Part shown: positions 26,359 to 39,257 of the stretch, piece after piece | Position numbering within the stretch: the first letter of the stretch is position 1 | Layout: every line of letters begins with the position of its first letter | Source of the DNA: Chiloscyllium plagiosum | Lineage: Eukaryota | Direction: 5' to 3' | DNA length: 64,000 nucleotides | Assembly (NCBI RefSeq): GCF_004010195.1 | Contig: NC_057711.1 | Location: 83,125,568-83,189,567, forward strand | Notes under the pieces: model-generated | What the model was told of the DNA's origin: nothing | The model's database searches: none | Seen by the model: the letters and a program-made list of their open reading frames with translations, nothing else | Program-made: the position numbers and the translations under genes

Positions 26359-26734
26359 AAGTTCCATATTCCTGCTGCTCTCTGAGTAAAGACATTTGCT
26401 TCAAATTGTTTATGTGGTTTTTTTGGTTACTACTTAACTTTTGCAGATAGTTGCTAGGTTTTTTACTTCTCTTCTGCACAAGTAGAAAAGCATTTCTGTG
26501 TTTATTTATCGAAACCTTTCAGAATTTTCAATTCACGTCTTGATTGCTCCTTTACAACATATACAAAGAAGATAAGAACTAGGACCAGGAGTAGGCCATC
26601 TGGTCCTTCGAGCCTGCTCCGCCACTCAGTAATAGCATGGCTGATCTTTATTGGGCCTCAGCTCCACTAACCCACCCTCTCACTGTATCCCTTAGTTTCT
26701 TTACTGTTCTTAGCTTTGAAAGCATTTACTCGGG

Positions 26735-28127
26735 GAGGACATTGGTTAAACCACTTTTGGATATTGCTTGCAATTCTGGTCTCCCTTCTATAGGAAACTT
26801 GAAAGGGTTCAGAAAGGATTTACAAGGATGTTGCCAGGGCTGGAGGATTGAGCTATAGGGAGAGGCTGAACAGGCTGGGGCTGTTTTCCCTGGGAGCGTC
26901 GGAGGCTGAGGGATGACCTTATAGAGATTTATAAAATCGCGAGGGGCATGGATAGGGTAAATAGACGAGGTCTTTCCGTGGGGTGGGGGAGTCCAGAGCT
27001 AGGGAACATAGGTTTAGGGCGAGAGGGGAAGAATTTAAAAGGGACCTAAGAGGCAAATTTTTCACACAGAGGGTGGTGCGTATATTGAATGAGCTACCAG
27101 AGGAAGTGATGGATGTCGGTACAATTACAACATTTAAAAGGTAACTGCATGGGTATATGAATAGGAAGGGTTTAGAGGGATATGGGCCAAGAGCTGGCAA
27201 ATGGGACTAGATTAGATTAGGTTATCTGGTCAGCATGGGGCCTAACGGTCTTTTTCTGTGTATGTAAGTTTGCTCGCTGAGCTGGAAAGTTGAACATCCC
27301 AACACCCACAAATGAAGCTGAATTAGAACATTATTTCAACGAACCACCCCACACTGCAACACACATAACTACAAAGAGCAGAGGAAAATCACCTAATCAG
27401 CGTATTCAAAAAGAAAGGGTACCCAATGAACACAGTCCATCGATGTCTCAGCAAGATACCCAAACCAGCAGACAAAACGCAGCCAGAAACCCTAGCCATT
27501 CTCCCCTACATCAAAGATATTTTGGAAATGACTGCCAGACTACACAGACCCCTTGGCATCATGGTAGCCTACAAATCCTCCAACACACTAAAACAGCAGC
27601 TAATGAACTTGAAAGACCCCATACAGACAACAAGCAAAACTAATGTCATTTACAAAATATTTTGCAAGAACTGTAACAAATATTACATTGGACAAACAGG
27701 CAGAAAACTAGCCACCGGGATACATGAACATCAACTAGCCACAAAAAGACATGACTGGTATTCTTATCTACAGATGAGGAAGGACAACACAATCATTCTA
27801 GGGCAAGTCAAACAGAGATACACACAAGAATTCCTAGAAGCATGGCACTCCAACCGGAACTTAATCAACAAACACGTCGACTTGGATCCTATTTACCACC
27901 CTCTGAGAAAAAGAGACGGAAATGACATCACCACAGGAACTGACATCACCAACTCAAGGAAACCTAAATACATAAATCAAAAGTGGGTCATTAATACCAG
28001 TGCTTCATCAGAGGCTCACTAATGATGTTACATGATGAAATGTCTGAAAATGAACTTTCCAGCTTAGCGAGCAAACTTACATACAGGTTTGTTTCTGTGT
28101 TGTACATCTCTATAACTCTATGACTCT
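26735..28127 (+). mobile_element. Younger CR1 3' end nested in the older CR1, itself interrupted by Penelope
   Basis: Homologous to 14490-15198. The tail CTGTACATCTCTATAACTCTATGACTCT-like sequence resumes after 28085. Confidence 0.85.
27259..28085 (+). mobile_element. Penelope-like retroelement, 5'-truncated, GIY-YIG endonuclease region
   Basis: ORF 27426-28022 reads LPYIK...NVIYKIFCKNCNKYYIGQTGRKLATGIHEH...EFLEAWHS. A 33-bp inverted terminal repeat lies at 27259-27291 and 28053-28085, with an imperfect TSD GGTCT-TTTTCTGTG / GGTTTGTTTCTGTG. Confidence 0.92.
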
Positions 28128-30149
28128 AAGCCTCAACCACTTCATTGGGCAGGGGATTCCATCGATTCACAAGCCTCTGGTGAAGAAGCTCCTCCTCAGT
28201 TCAGTCCTAAATCTGTTCCCCCTAATTTTCAGGCTATGCCCTCTTGACCTACTTTTACCCACCAGCGGAAACATTCTCTCTACTTCCATTTTATCTATTC
28301 CCTTCATAATTTTATATGTTTCTATAAGATCCCCCTCATTCTTCTAAATTCCAATGATATAATCCCAGTCTACTCAGTCTTTCCTCATAAGCCAACCCCC
28401 TCAATTCTGGAATCTAGCTAGTGAACCTCCTTTGCACCCCCTCCAGTGCCAGTACATCCTTTATCAAGTAACTGCCCGCAGTACTCCAGGTGTGTGGTCT
28501 CACTAGCACCTTGTATAGCTGCAACATAACCTTTCTGCTTTTAAACTCAATCGCTTTAGCAATGAAGGACAAAATTCCATTTGCCTTCCTAATTATTTGT
28601 TGTACCTGCAGACCTGTGTTTCATGCACAAGGACACCCAGGTCCCTCTCCACAGCAGCATGCTGCGATATTTACCATTCAAATAATAGTCCTTTTTACCG
28701 TTCTGACTTCACATTTTTTAACTTCGTACTCCATCTGTCAGACCTTTGCCCACTCATTTAAACTATCTATGTCCTTTTGCAAAGTTTCACGGTCCTGTGC
28801 ACACTTTGCTCCACCACTCACCTTAATGTTATCTGCAAAGTTTGACACACCATACATGGTCCCCAACTCCAAATCATGTATGTAAATTGTGAATCATTGC
28901 AGTCCCTATACTGATCCCTGAAGCATGCCACTAGTCACTGATGGCCAACCAGAATAGCACTCATTTATCCCCAGCCTTTGCTTCCTATTGGTTAACCAAT
29001 CCTCTATTCCTGCTAATACATTGCCTGTACTGCCATACATCTTTCTCTTATGCAGCAGCCTTTTGGGTGGCACCTTGTCGAATGCCTTTTGCAAATCTAG
29101 ATACACCACATCGACAGGTCTCTGTTGACTACTGTGCTCATAATGTCTTCTTAGAATTAGTTAAGCATGACCTACCCTTCATGCTGCATCTGTCCAATGG
29201 GATAATTTCTATCTAGATGCCTTGCTATTTCTTCCTTGATAATAATCTCAAGCATTATCCCCACTATAGAATTTAAGCTAACCTGTGTATAATTCCCTAT
29301 CTTTTGTCCACCACCTTTGTTAAATGGTTGCGTCACATGTGTTGTTTTCCAATCTGTGAGAACTGCCCCAAAGTCCAGCAAATTTTGGAAAATTACCACA
29401 AGTGCATTTACTATTTCTCCGGATATCTCTTTTAGTACACTGGGATGCATTCCATCTGAGCCAGAGGACTTGTCTACCCTTACCTCCATTAGCTTGCCCA
29501 ACACTACCTCTTTCATGACTATGATTGTTTCCAGGTCCTCACCTACCTTTGTCTCTTTGTTAATTAATGGAGAAAAGAGATTCAGCTTGTTCATCCTTTC
29601 TCTGTGTACAGAACCTTTGAATTTCTTGTAACATATTTTCAAGTCTTTTCTGCAGCCTCTTCAGTATCTCCATATCCTTGTCATAATATGGCAATGAGAA
29701 TTGTTCATTTACACAGAGCATAATCTAATCAAGGTTCATTACAAGTCTAGCATAATGACCCAAATCTTCTGGAATCCGCATCATCGGAAATGGGATGTAA
29801 GGTGACAGGTGCATATTCAGATTCTACATTTGGTACCTATATAGGTTTGGAAATTTAAGCTTTCAATGGGCTGACACCTGCTGGCCTTGAACTCCCTGTG
29901 AATGTTTCTAACACTGAACTCCGGATGAGAGACTTAGACAAAATATATAGGAACTATCCTGTGAAATGCTAAACAATTTAATATTTAGTCTAACATAAGG
30001 AATAAATGGCATAATTCAACTGAGCACTGCCAATCAGCCTTGGCTGCCCAACTACTCGCACAACCCAACCTATATCCCCCTGCATCTGACCAACATCCTG
30101 GCTATCTGATTAATGTCCTGACTCAACCTGAGTACATACATGCTCTCCC

Positions 30150-30280
30150 ACTTCACCCACTCACCAAACTTATTCACTCATCCACCTTACCTATCACTCA
30201 TCCACTCAACCATTCATTTACACTCACCATTCACTCTCACACCCATTTACTCACGCATTCACTAATATGCATTCATTTAT
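30150..30280. repeat. Degenerate (ACTC/TCAC)n simple repeat
   Basis: CACCCACTCACC..CATTCACTCTCACACCCATTTACTCACGCATTCAC. Confidence 0.7.
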
Positions 30281-31399
30281 TCAAAGATTTGAGAGTTTTA
30301 GAAACATTGCTGCATAAAGCAGCTAGAACCATTCAAAAAAAGCATGTGTCCTCCTCTTCTCAACTCTCCGTCCTGGCTGATCTTTTGCATGAAAGGTTTT
30401 GCTGGTCCATTTCTGCTTCAGTCAGGACCAAAAGTGCCAGTTGCAAATGGGTAATAACATCAAGCCAGAGAAAACTTCACAGGCAGCAGCACTGTATCTG
30501 CTATTGCCACTGACCTAAATATTTGAGCCAGAATATATCCCTTGCACCCTATCCCTTTAAAAACATATCCATCTGCTTGGTTTGTTACTTAAATGCATTA
30601 TTCATTGTATTTCTAGTTTTAATGATTGGTGTACTCAAGCTCCCAAATCCTTTTTTTTAGATTTTTTTTCTACTGGATCTATTTTTCTTTTAAAAATGTA
30701 TTATGTCACACTTACCTGTTAAAATTAAATTGCAAACTATACAGCCACTCAACATGTTTTTCGTCCAGATTTTGCAGTGCTAAAGAAGGTACTAGTGTTT
30801 GCTGCTATTATAGAGGGCTGGGGAGGGTGGTGCAATTTGCAAACATCCCTCTGAATGCTTGTTCTGCCGAATGCAATCCCATAAAGGGGTATAATTATGA
30901 AGACCCAACATACGACCCGTAGGAATGAACAGTTGCTTTACGTTGCCCTGCATTGTTTTTGACTTGGTTGCAAATCAACTTGTGAACGGGCTCCAGAACT
31001 GAACCCATTTACAACCCAAGGATTGAGTGTACTCCACTGAAACTGACACCAACTTTGTCTGTCTGCATAGATGGGGAGAGTGCAGAAATCCAAAAGTTGC
31101 CTAAAAGTCAGTAATTCTACATTCTCCCAGAGGGGGGTACTATTGAGATTTTCCCTCCCACTCCATCTGAGTGCAACCAATAAACAGTTGGTGAATTGCT
31201 AACACATTCCACTCTCACACTGTCAATTCCATTGTAACACCTTTCAAAGTGTCACCTTATACTATGTTGACTCAGGTCTAACTGGGTTTTATCAGCCTAC
31301 TAAGTTCAATTACTGCTGAACACTTTCAATGCTCCTACATTACAACACATTGTGATTCATTTGCAGTAAAGTGCTTTGAGACATCAGGTGGTACATAGT

Positions 31400-33200
31400 T
31401 CATTGAGCCAATCTATGTGTGGAACTGCAGGAGATGGTTGAGATCCTAAACAAATATTTGGCATCACTATTTACTGTAAAGAAATACATGGAAGCTAGGG
31501 AGCTTATGAAACAAATAGTGATGTCCTGAAAAGTGTCCGTATCACCGAAAAGGAGATGCTGGAAGTCTTAAAGCCCATAAAAGTAGCTAAACTCCCAGTC
31601 AAGTGTATCCCAAGACGTCATTGGAATATAGGGAAGAATCCTGCTCCTCGGATGCTGTCTGGCCTGCTGTGTTTTTCCAGCACCACATTTTTCAACTCTG
31701 GTCTCCAGCCTCTGCAGTCCTCACTTTCTCCAAGAAATTGTGGGGCCCCTAGCAGAGATATTTGTATCATTGACAACCACGGTTCAGGTGCTGGAGGACT
31801 GGATAATGTGGTGTCCTTATTTAAGAGACTCTGCAAGGAAAAGCCAGGGAATTACAGACTAGTGAGCCTGATGTCAGTAGTGGGTAAGTTGTTGGAGGGG
31901 ATTCTGAGAGGCAGGATCTACATGCATTTGGGAAGGCAAGGACCGATTAGGGATAGTCAGCATGGTTTTGTGCATGGGAAATCATGTCTCACTAACTTGA
32001 TTGAGTTTTTGAAGAGAGGATCAAGAAGATAGATGAAAGCAAAATGGTAAACATTGGCTACATGGACTTTACTAAGGCCTTTGACACGTTCCACATGGTA
32101 AACTGATGAGAAAGGTTAAATCACATCAGATCCAAGGAAAGGTAGCCAATGGGATACAAAACTGGCATGACAGTTTGAGACAGATGGTGGTGATAGAGGG
32201 TCATTGTTCAGGCTGGATGCCTGTCACCAGCAGTATGCTGCAAGAATCGGTGCTGAGTCCACTGTCGTTTATATAAACGATTTGGATGAGAACATGGGAG
32301 GCATTGTTAGTAAGTCCGTAGATGACATCAAATTGGATGTATAGCAGACAAAAAAGAAGCTTATCTAAGAGTACAACAGGATCTTGATCAACTGGACCAG
32401 TGAGCCAAGGAATAGTAAATTGAGTTTAATGCAGATAAATGTGAAGTGTTGTATTTTGACAGAACATATATATTAATGGTAGAGCCCTGTGGAGTGTTGC
32501 CCAACAGAGAGACCTAGGGGTGCAGGTACATCGTTCTTTGAAAGTTAAATTGCAGGTAGACAGGGTGGTGAAGAAGGTGTTCGGCACACTTGCCTCTATT
32601 GGTCAGAGCGTTGAGTGGAAGAGTTGGAACATCATGTTACAGCTGTACAATAAATTGGTAAGGCCACTTTTTCATATTGTGTACATTTCTGGTCATCCTG
32701 CTACAGGAAGGATGTTATTAAACTAGAATGGATCCAAAAGGATTTACAAGGATGTTACTGAGACTGGTGGATTTGAGTTATAAGGAGAGGCTGGATAGAC
32801 TGGGATTATTTTCCCTGGAGCGTAGGAAGCTGAGGGATGACCTTATAGAGGTATTTAAATCATGAGGGGTATGATAAAAGTGAATAGCCATGGCATTTTC
32901 CCCACGGTTGGGGAGTTTAAAACTAGAGGGTTTAAGGTGAGATGGAAAAGATTTAAAGGGAACCCAAGGGGCAACTTTTTCACAAAGGGAGTGGTGTGTA
33001 CATGGAACTAGCTACCAACAGCAAGTGGTTGAGGTGTGTACAATTACTGCATTTAATAAAAACATTTGGACAGGTACATGGATGGCAAGGTTTAGAGGGC
33101 CAAACACAGGCAAATGGGGCAAGTTTGATTTAGGAAACCTGTCTGCATGAACAGATTGTGCCAAAGGGTTTGTTTCCATGCTGTATGACTCAGTGACTCT
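31400..33200 (+). mobile_element. CR1-type LINE (~1.8 kb, RT to 3' end) with a short insert at ~31640-31731
   Basis: ORF 31556-32032 reads PGNYRLVSLMSVVGKLLE..SQHGFVHGKSCLTNLIEF. The 3' tail is TGTATGACTCAGTGACTCT. Confidence 0.92.
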
Positions 33201-35257
33201 GTGTCTTGCAATGACTGCAGGCTTCTCCATGCTACAAGGGTCCATTAACTGAACACAGGTCATCTTGAGTGTAGTGCACATCTATTCTGAGATACCATTA
33301 AACTGGCAGGGATTTTATTCCTTCGGTGTATGATAAGTGATCATATACAGCACATAGTCATACAGAGAAAAAGCCATGATGCACTTATTTTGTACCAATC
33401 CAGTATGCCATCAGCATTTTTACCACCGCTATGAAGTACTTACTGGCTAACCTTTGACATTACAGCTCATGACTCTGATGCATAGTTCATCACATGCTGG
33501 CAACATGGATATGAGTAAAGCTATGTTACCACACAAAACTGGATCAAACAGATAACTGCATATATTGAACTGTTCCTGCTGTCTGGACTAGTTTGATGGC
33601 TTTACATTTTGTTCTCTGATTCAAATTGGGGCCTGACTTGAATTATGAATCCACTTTTCATGTTTCTGCCCAGTTGGAATTGCTTTGTTTTTAATGTTAC
33701 AACAGCACTGTAGCAGCACATTGAGAATGCCGTACGTGGAGAAGGAAAATACAAAAGAAATACATTTGCACACTCAGGCAGAGCAGTGTGAAAACTGGGA
33801 GGTACGCTAAAAACAGAATTTCCAGAAAAGCAGCCAATGACGACAAGTTGAAGAGGGAATCAGAAACAAGGAGTGAGTCTGCAAAATCCAGATTCAGATT
33901 GTAATGAATTTTTAATTTAAAATGTTGCAATATGATAAAGAAACATAATCTACAAATTGAACACTGATCATCACTAGTAGACCTGGCCTATCAAAAATAA
34001 ATTCATGGTTTCATTGGCTTAAAAATGATGAATTTAGAGAAAACCAGAACACAATAAAATGGTAGCAGAACCAATCCATGAAAAACAATCTAGACAAATA
34101 AACAAAATTATGACTGATTGCTGAGGACAATCTTGTCTTTCTAAAAAAAGACTATGACAAGGAGAAAACTTTGAAAAAACGGCCAGAAAATTTAGTGTTG
34201 AAAGCTATATATCCTGCACCAATAAAAAGATTTGGCATGATTTCATCTATTTATAAATCAGAACATAGGCTCTTAAAAATGAAAATGATGAAGCATGATC
34301 ATCAGTTTCTTTTTTTAAAGATGATGATTAGTTTTACTTTCTCAATTTGTCAAAGTTCAGGAAGGGTGTGAGAGGTACTGATTAGCTTAAACATCTAGCA
34401 TGTAGCACCATTCTAGTCATATTGATATTACTAAGATGAACAGTTATTATTAGGGTAAGACAATGGCATTTCTGAACAACTTTATCTGTATAATATTTTG
34501 CTGTCAAAGAACTTCAACCATAAAACCATAAGATATAGGAGCTGACTTAAACCAATTGGCCCTTTGACCTGCTCCATCATTCGAACATGGCAAGTATGTT
34601 TCTCATCCCCATTCTCTTTCCTTCTCCCCATAACCCTTGGTCCCCTAACTAATCAAGAACCTATCTACCTCAGTCTTACATACTCTCAATGAGTTGACCT
34701 TCACAGCCTTCTGTGGCAATGAGTTTGACAGATTCACCACACTCTGACTGAAGAACTACCTCCTTATCTAGCTCTAAACGGTTGTCCTTTCATTCTGAGA
34801 CTGTGCCCCTTGATCCTAGTCTCATATCAGTGGAACCATTCTCTAGTATAGTCTATCCAGGACTCTCAGTATTTTGTAAGTTTCAATTACATTGCTCCCT
34901 CATTCTTCTAAAATTCGAGTACAGACCTCCACCGGTCCTCATACTGAATGATACCCAGGATCATTCTTGTAAACCGCTTCTGGATCCCCTCCAAAGACAG
35001 CACATCCTTCATTAAATATTGGGTCCAAAACTGCTCACAATATTCTGACCAGAGTCTTATACAGCCTCACCAGTACATCCCAGTTCTTATATTCTAGCCC
35101 TCTTGAAATGAATGCAGACATTACATTTGCCTTCCTCACTGCCAAATGAACAGGCACGCTAACATTAAAAGAATCCTGAACTAGTTCCTTTGTGTTTTAG
35201 ATTTCTGAACCCTTCCCCCTTTTAGAAAATAGTCAATGCCTTTATTCTTTTGGTCTT

Positions 35258-35918
35258 GGGCAGCATGGTGGCTCAATGGTTAGCGCTGCAGCCTCACAAT
35301 GGGAGGCAATGGCCTTGTGATAATATATTTGCCCTGGTAATCCAGAGAGCTAGGTAATAATCTGGGGTCCTGGGGTTGAATCCAGCCATGTAGATGGTGG
35401 AATGTTATTTCAATGAAAATCTGGATTTAAGACTCTAAAGATGACTATGAATCCATTGTTAATTGCAGAAAGATCCATCTGGTTCACAAATGTCCTTTAA
35501 GGAAGGAAATTGCCATCCTTACCTGTTCTGGATTACATAGAACTCCTGATTTACAGCAATGTGGTTGACTTTTAACCATCCTCTGGCTCTTACCTTGTGA
35601 ATAAATTTTTAAAAATCTAGGTTCAATTCCAGCCTCAGGTGACAGTGTGTGTAGTTGCATGTTCTCATCATGTCTGCGTGAGTTTCCTTTGGGTGAACTG
35701 GTTTCCTCCCACAGTTCAGGTTAGGTGGATTGGCTTGTTAAATTGTCTTGTACAGCCCACAGATGTGTTGGCTAGGTGGGTTAGCCATGCGCAATGTGAG
35801 GTTATGGGGATAGGGTTGGCAGCTGCGGCTGGAACTGGGGTTGGATGAGATGTTTTTCAAAGGGTAAGTGCAGACTCAAAGGGCCGAATGGTCTCTTTCC
35901 ACACTGTAGGGATTCTAT
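35258..35918 (+). mobile_element. tRNA-derived SINE (HE1-like)
   Basis: Box A TGGCTCAATGG, box B GGTTCAATTCC (displaced by an insertion), core TGTCTGCGTGAGTTTCC..TTTCCTCCCACAGT and a CR1-like tail. Confidence 0.75.
35301..35614 (+). mobile_element. Second tRNA-derived SINE family nested in the first
   Basis: GGGAGGCAATGGCC..GGTTGAATCC..GATGGTGGAAT..CCATCTGGTTCAC. Other copies occur at 51620-51893(-), 58625-58865 and 60564-60703. Confidence 0.7.
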
Positions 35919-38319
35919 AAAGTATTTCTTCTATAAAGTTCCTAGGAAAGTGCATAATGTACCACAAAAGATTACCCACATCTACCACTTCTTTGTCCAC
36001 TTACCTAGCCCATCCAAGTCCTTCTGTAGCCTCCTTGCATTCTCAACACTACTTGTCCCCGAACCTATATCTGTGTCATCTGCAAATGTAGCAACAATGC
36101 CTGCAGTTCCTTCATTCAGATCATTAATGTATAAAGTGAATAGTTGGTGGTTCCAACACGACCTCTGTGGAACTCCACTAGTCACTAGCTGCCATCCTGA
36201 AAAAGACCCCTTTATCCCCACTCTCTGCCTTCTGCTCTGTCCATGCCAGGACCTGGCCCTAACATCATAGTCTGTTACCTTATTTAGCAGCCTCCTGTGT
36301 GACAGTTTGTCGAAGGCCTTCTGGAAATCCAAATTGATTATGTTCACTGGCTTTCCTTTGTTTTACTTGCTTGTAACCTCCTAAAAGAACTCTAACAATT
36401 TTGTCAGGCATGCCCTCCCTTTGATGAAGCCGTGCTGACTCAGCCTATTTTACCATCCACTTCCAAGTACTAGCTGTCACATCCTTAATAATGAATTAAA
36501 ATCTTAGCAATGATTGAGGTCAGGCTAACTTGTCTATAAAATCCTGTTTTCTTCCTCTGGCCCTGACAACGCCAACAATAAATCCCAATAATGCAGGGTA
36601 CAATCCCTGTTCTGGCTGGATTAGGCTTGAGGCCTGTCTTCTCACTGTACTTAAAGTAAAACGTTATGATAGAGAACAGACAGGAGAACATTTGAATCGT
36701 TCAATCTAGAAGTATCATAGGGATGGATGAGGGCTCCATCACTAGATTAATGGATGATGTGAAGATGCCAGAGTGACATAACCTGTTTGATTTTTGACCT
36801 AGATTAGTTAAGGCAAGGTCAGAGTTGGGTGATTTCCCAGGCATTTATCCATTTCTCTTTAAAGTGTGTCTGTGTTCCTAATATTTCATGGCTGACTGTT
36901 GTCTCTAAAAAAGCCTGTTCGTTTTTATTCCAGTCTAGAGGTTTTGCTGTGTCTATTTGGAAAGCTTTATTCATTGGAGGAAGCTAGCGTTTGTCACCAG
37001 GACCAAGTGAGAGAATTAATAGATGATCCCGGGAGAAACAGAAATAACGATTGTCGGACCACTTCGTCTGATTTGGGGGATAGTACTACAGAGAATCTGC
37101 CCACAACCCCCCAAAACTTTACGGACTGCTGTCAGACTTAGTCATTCTTATTAACAATATTGTAATTTAAACGAATTTTCGCAGCTTTGAATGTTGAATT
37201 GTAACATTATATGTTCCGGATAAGCAATTAGATTAATTATTCACTTTGTACCTTCCTGAAATGTTTGACTTTACAGAATACTTGGCCTGGTTTTAACGGT
37301 TCGAAACCTCTGTCTTGTAGGTCTGATGGCTTGTTTCATTTTGCCCCTTTTCCGATCGCGGGTGACACCCAGATCCAAGCATTTTAAGATCGTTTCCTGT
37401 TTGAATTTAAATTGATGCTTGCACCTTCCAAATACATGTTGAAATGTGGATGTCGTCTAGCACTCTTGGAATCATTTTTATGTGTTAATTTATGTTTAAT
37501 GATCATTCGCTTGTGATTTAGAAATTGTGCAATTCATTTGCTTCTTTTTTTTTCATTTTCTCCCCCCGCAGGCACTCGCTTGAATGTGGTTTGCAGTCGC
37601 TGAAGGAAACTGTCCCGGGGTGAAAGGGAAGGAGGACAGCAAGCAAGATGCTCCCTACCGCAGACGGTCGGGGCTGCAGTGGGTGTTATTTTTGGAAGCT
37701 GCAGTTGCCCTGTTGTCCGGGAGGTGTCAGACCAGCTCGTCAGACGGCGGGACTCGGAAAGAGCTTGCTTGTTGGATTGCTGCAAAGTGCGAAATCACTG
37801 CGGGAAAATTCACTGGGAGTTGCGCGTGTGTGAGAGACGGGGGTGGGTGGATAGTGAAATTAACAGAGGCAATGAGAGAGGGAGGGAGGGCAGAGACGGC
37901 AACACTTTTGGCAAAATTATTAACCATCCAGTTCTGAACATTGTGGGGTGTTATGCGCGGACAACTGCATTTCCTGTTTGAAAAGATCAGCGTTAAAGAG
38001 CTGTTGCTGCAAGCAGTAATTACAAGGAGCTTTTTGTGAAATGTATTTTTTGTATTATCTCAACATACTTGGAGGAAAAAAAATAACTGTTCGTAATAAC
38101 CCAAACGCCTTTCAGACATGTTCTTTTATTAGAAACCATTTAAAAGTCAATGTAGGAATTCGATCACGTCTATATGAGAATTCATGGTATCATTTCTGAC
38201 CAAGGCTGTAATTCAATATCTGCGGGTAATATTAGCAGTTTTAGAAATTCGACTGGTTGTTATCTACGTCGGAGATTGTGATGTCCATGACAGACTCAAG
38301 TGCTGCGGTACCAAAATTA

Positions 38320-38712
38320 ACACATGCACGGAAATATGCACATACAAACACCCATACATTGGTATACACAGAAACACACGTTCACACAGAGATCTACAGC
38401 CGTAGATACAAATACACACAGTTTTACACAGATGTACACATACACACATATATACATACAGATACTTACACATTCATTCATATATACTTAACCACACACA
38501 GATATCCCCACATACAGATATATTTATATGTCCACACACTTAGATATACACAGACACACACTGTATACCCCCACATACAGATACACACATCCACACACAC
38601 ATCAGCTCACAATGATATCGCCATGCAAACAAATATAGATAAACATTCCCATACATGTGTACACAGCTACAAATCTACACACGCATGTATATACAGATCC
38701 ACACACACAGAT
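38320..38712. repeat. Degenerate (CA/TA)n low-complexity tract
   Basis: ACACATACACACATATATACATACAG-type sequence. Confidence 0.85.
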
Positions 38713-39239
38713 ATGTATCAGTTATGGGTAGTGCAATTCAAATCAGTGCAAAACCTTTGAAATCATATTTCTTGACTGGACTTGCATCGTCTGAGATGTG
38801 ATTATCCTTCAGATAAGATCAACAATAGTCCAACAAACAGCGGCAGTGGGCGATTTGATGTGCACTACTTGGCACAGGCGTATTCTAACGGGGGAGACTT
38901 GCTTAGTCAATTTTCCGGATTACATATTCCTCACACACACTGCAGCTAGATCGTTTATGAGACGGTGCTTGTGAGGAAGAGTCGGGAGATTAGATCATTC
39001 ACTCTGTTGGTTTGTGGCTCTCGGTATTGCCCCTGGGAGAAGGGAGCTGGTTTGGAGCAGGAGATCAGAGTCTACCCTGGTGGGCAGTACATTTCCAACC
39101 TCATCGCCAACCACCGTCACATTTCACTGCTTCTCGGCTTTACTTTCTTCGCTTTTTTTTTTACAGTTTTTTTTCTTTTTTTGTGTGGGGTGTTGGGGGG
39201 GGGGGGTGCTCAAAAAAATCTCTCCTTCATCCCCTTTCG

Positions 39240-39257
39240 TGCGTCAGCCGCACGTCA
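39240..39257 (+). promoter_or_regulatory. Tandem CRE-like sites TGCGTCA-GCC-GCACGTCA
   Basis: Two CGTCA half-sites 11 bp apart, about 610 bp upstream of the ATG. This resembles the paired CREs of the mammalian TrkB P2 promoter. Confidence 0.7.

Larger units (their letters stand above)
26570..29560 (-). mobile_element. CR1-type LINE split by a nested insertion (26570-26730 and 28128-29560)
   Basis: ORFs VYLDLQKAFDKVPPKRLL and KSSGSDGMHPSVLKE..DWKTTHV..GNYTQVSL. Confidence 0.85.
34520..36550 (-). mobile_element. CR1-type LINE split by nested SINEs
   Basis: ORF 35982-36347(-) reads LDFQKAFDKLSHRRLL..GVPQ..YINDL..FADDT. The CATAAAACCATAAGAT tail is at 34519. Confidence 0.88.

Noticed and set aside
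30040..30513. 157-aa ORF
   Set aside because: Largely derived from the (ACTC)n simple repeat, with a non-ATG start and no homology recognised.
35258..35300. tRNA gene-like sequences (also ~47630-47760, 57568-57690, 60564-60650)
   Set aside because: These are SINE heads. I see no complete cloverleaf, and they continue into SINE body sequence.
38257..38760. 167-aa His/Thr-rich ORF
   Set aside because: Translation of a degenerate CA/TA repeat.
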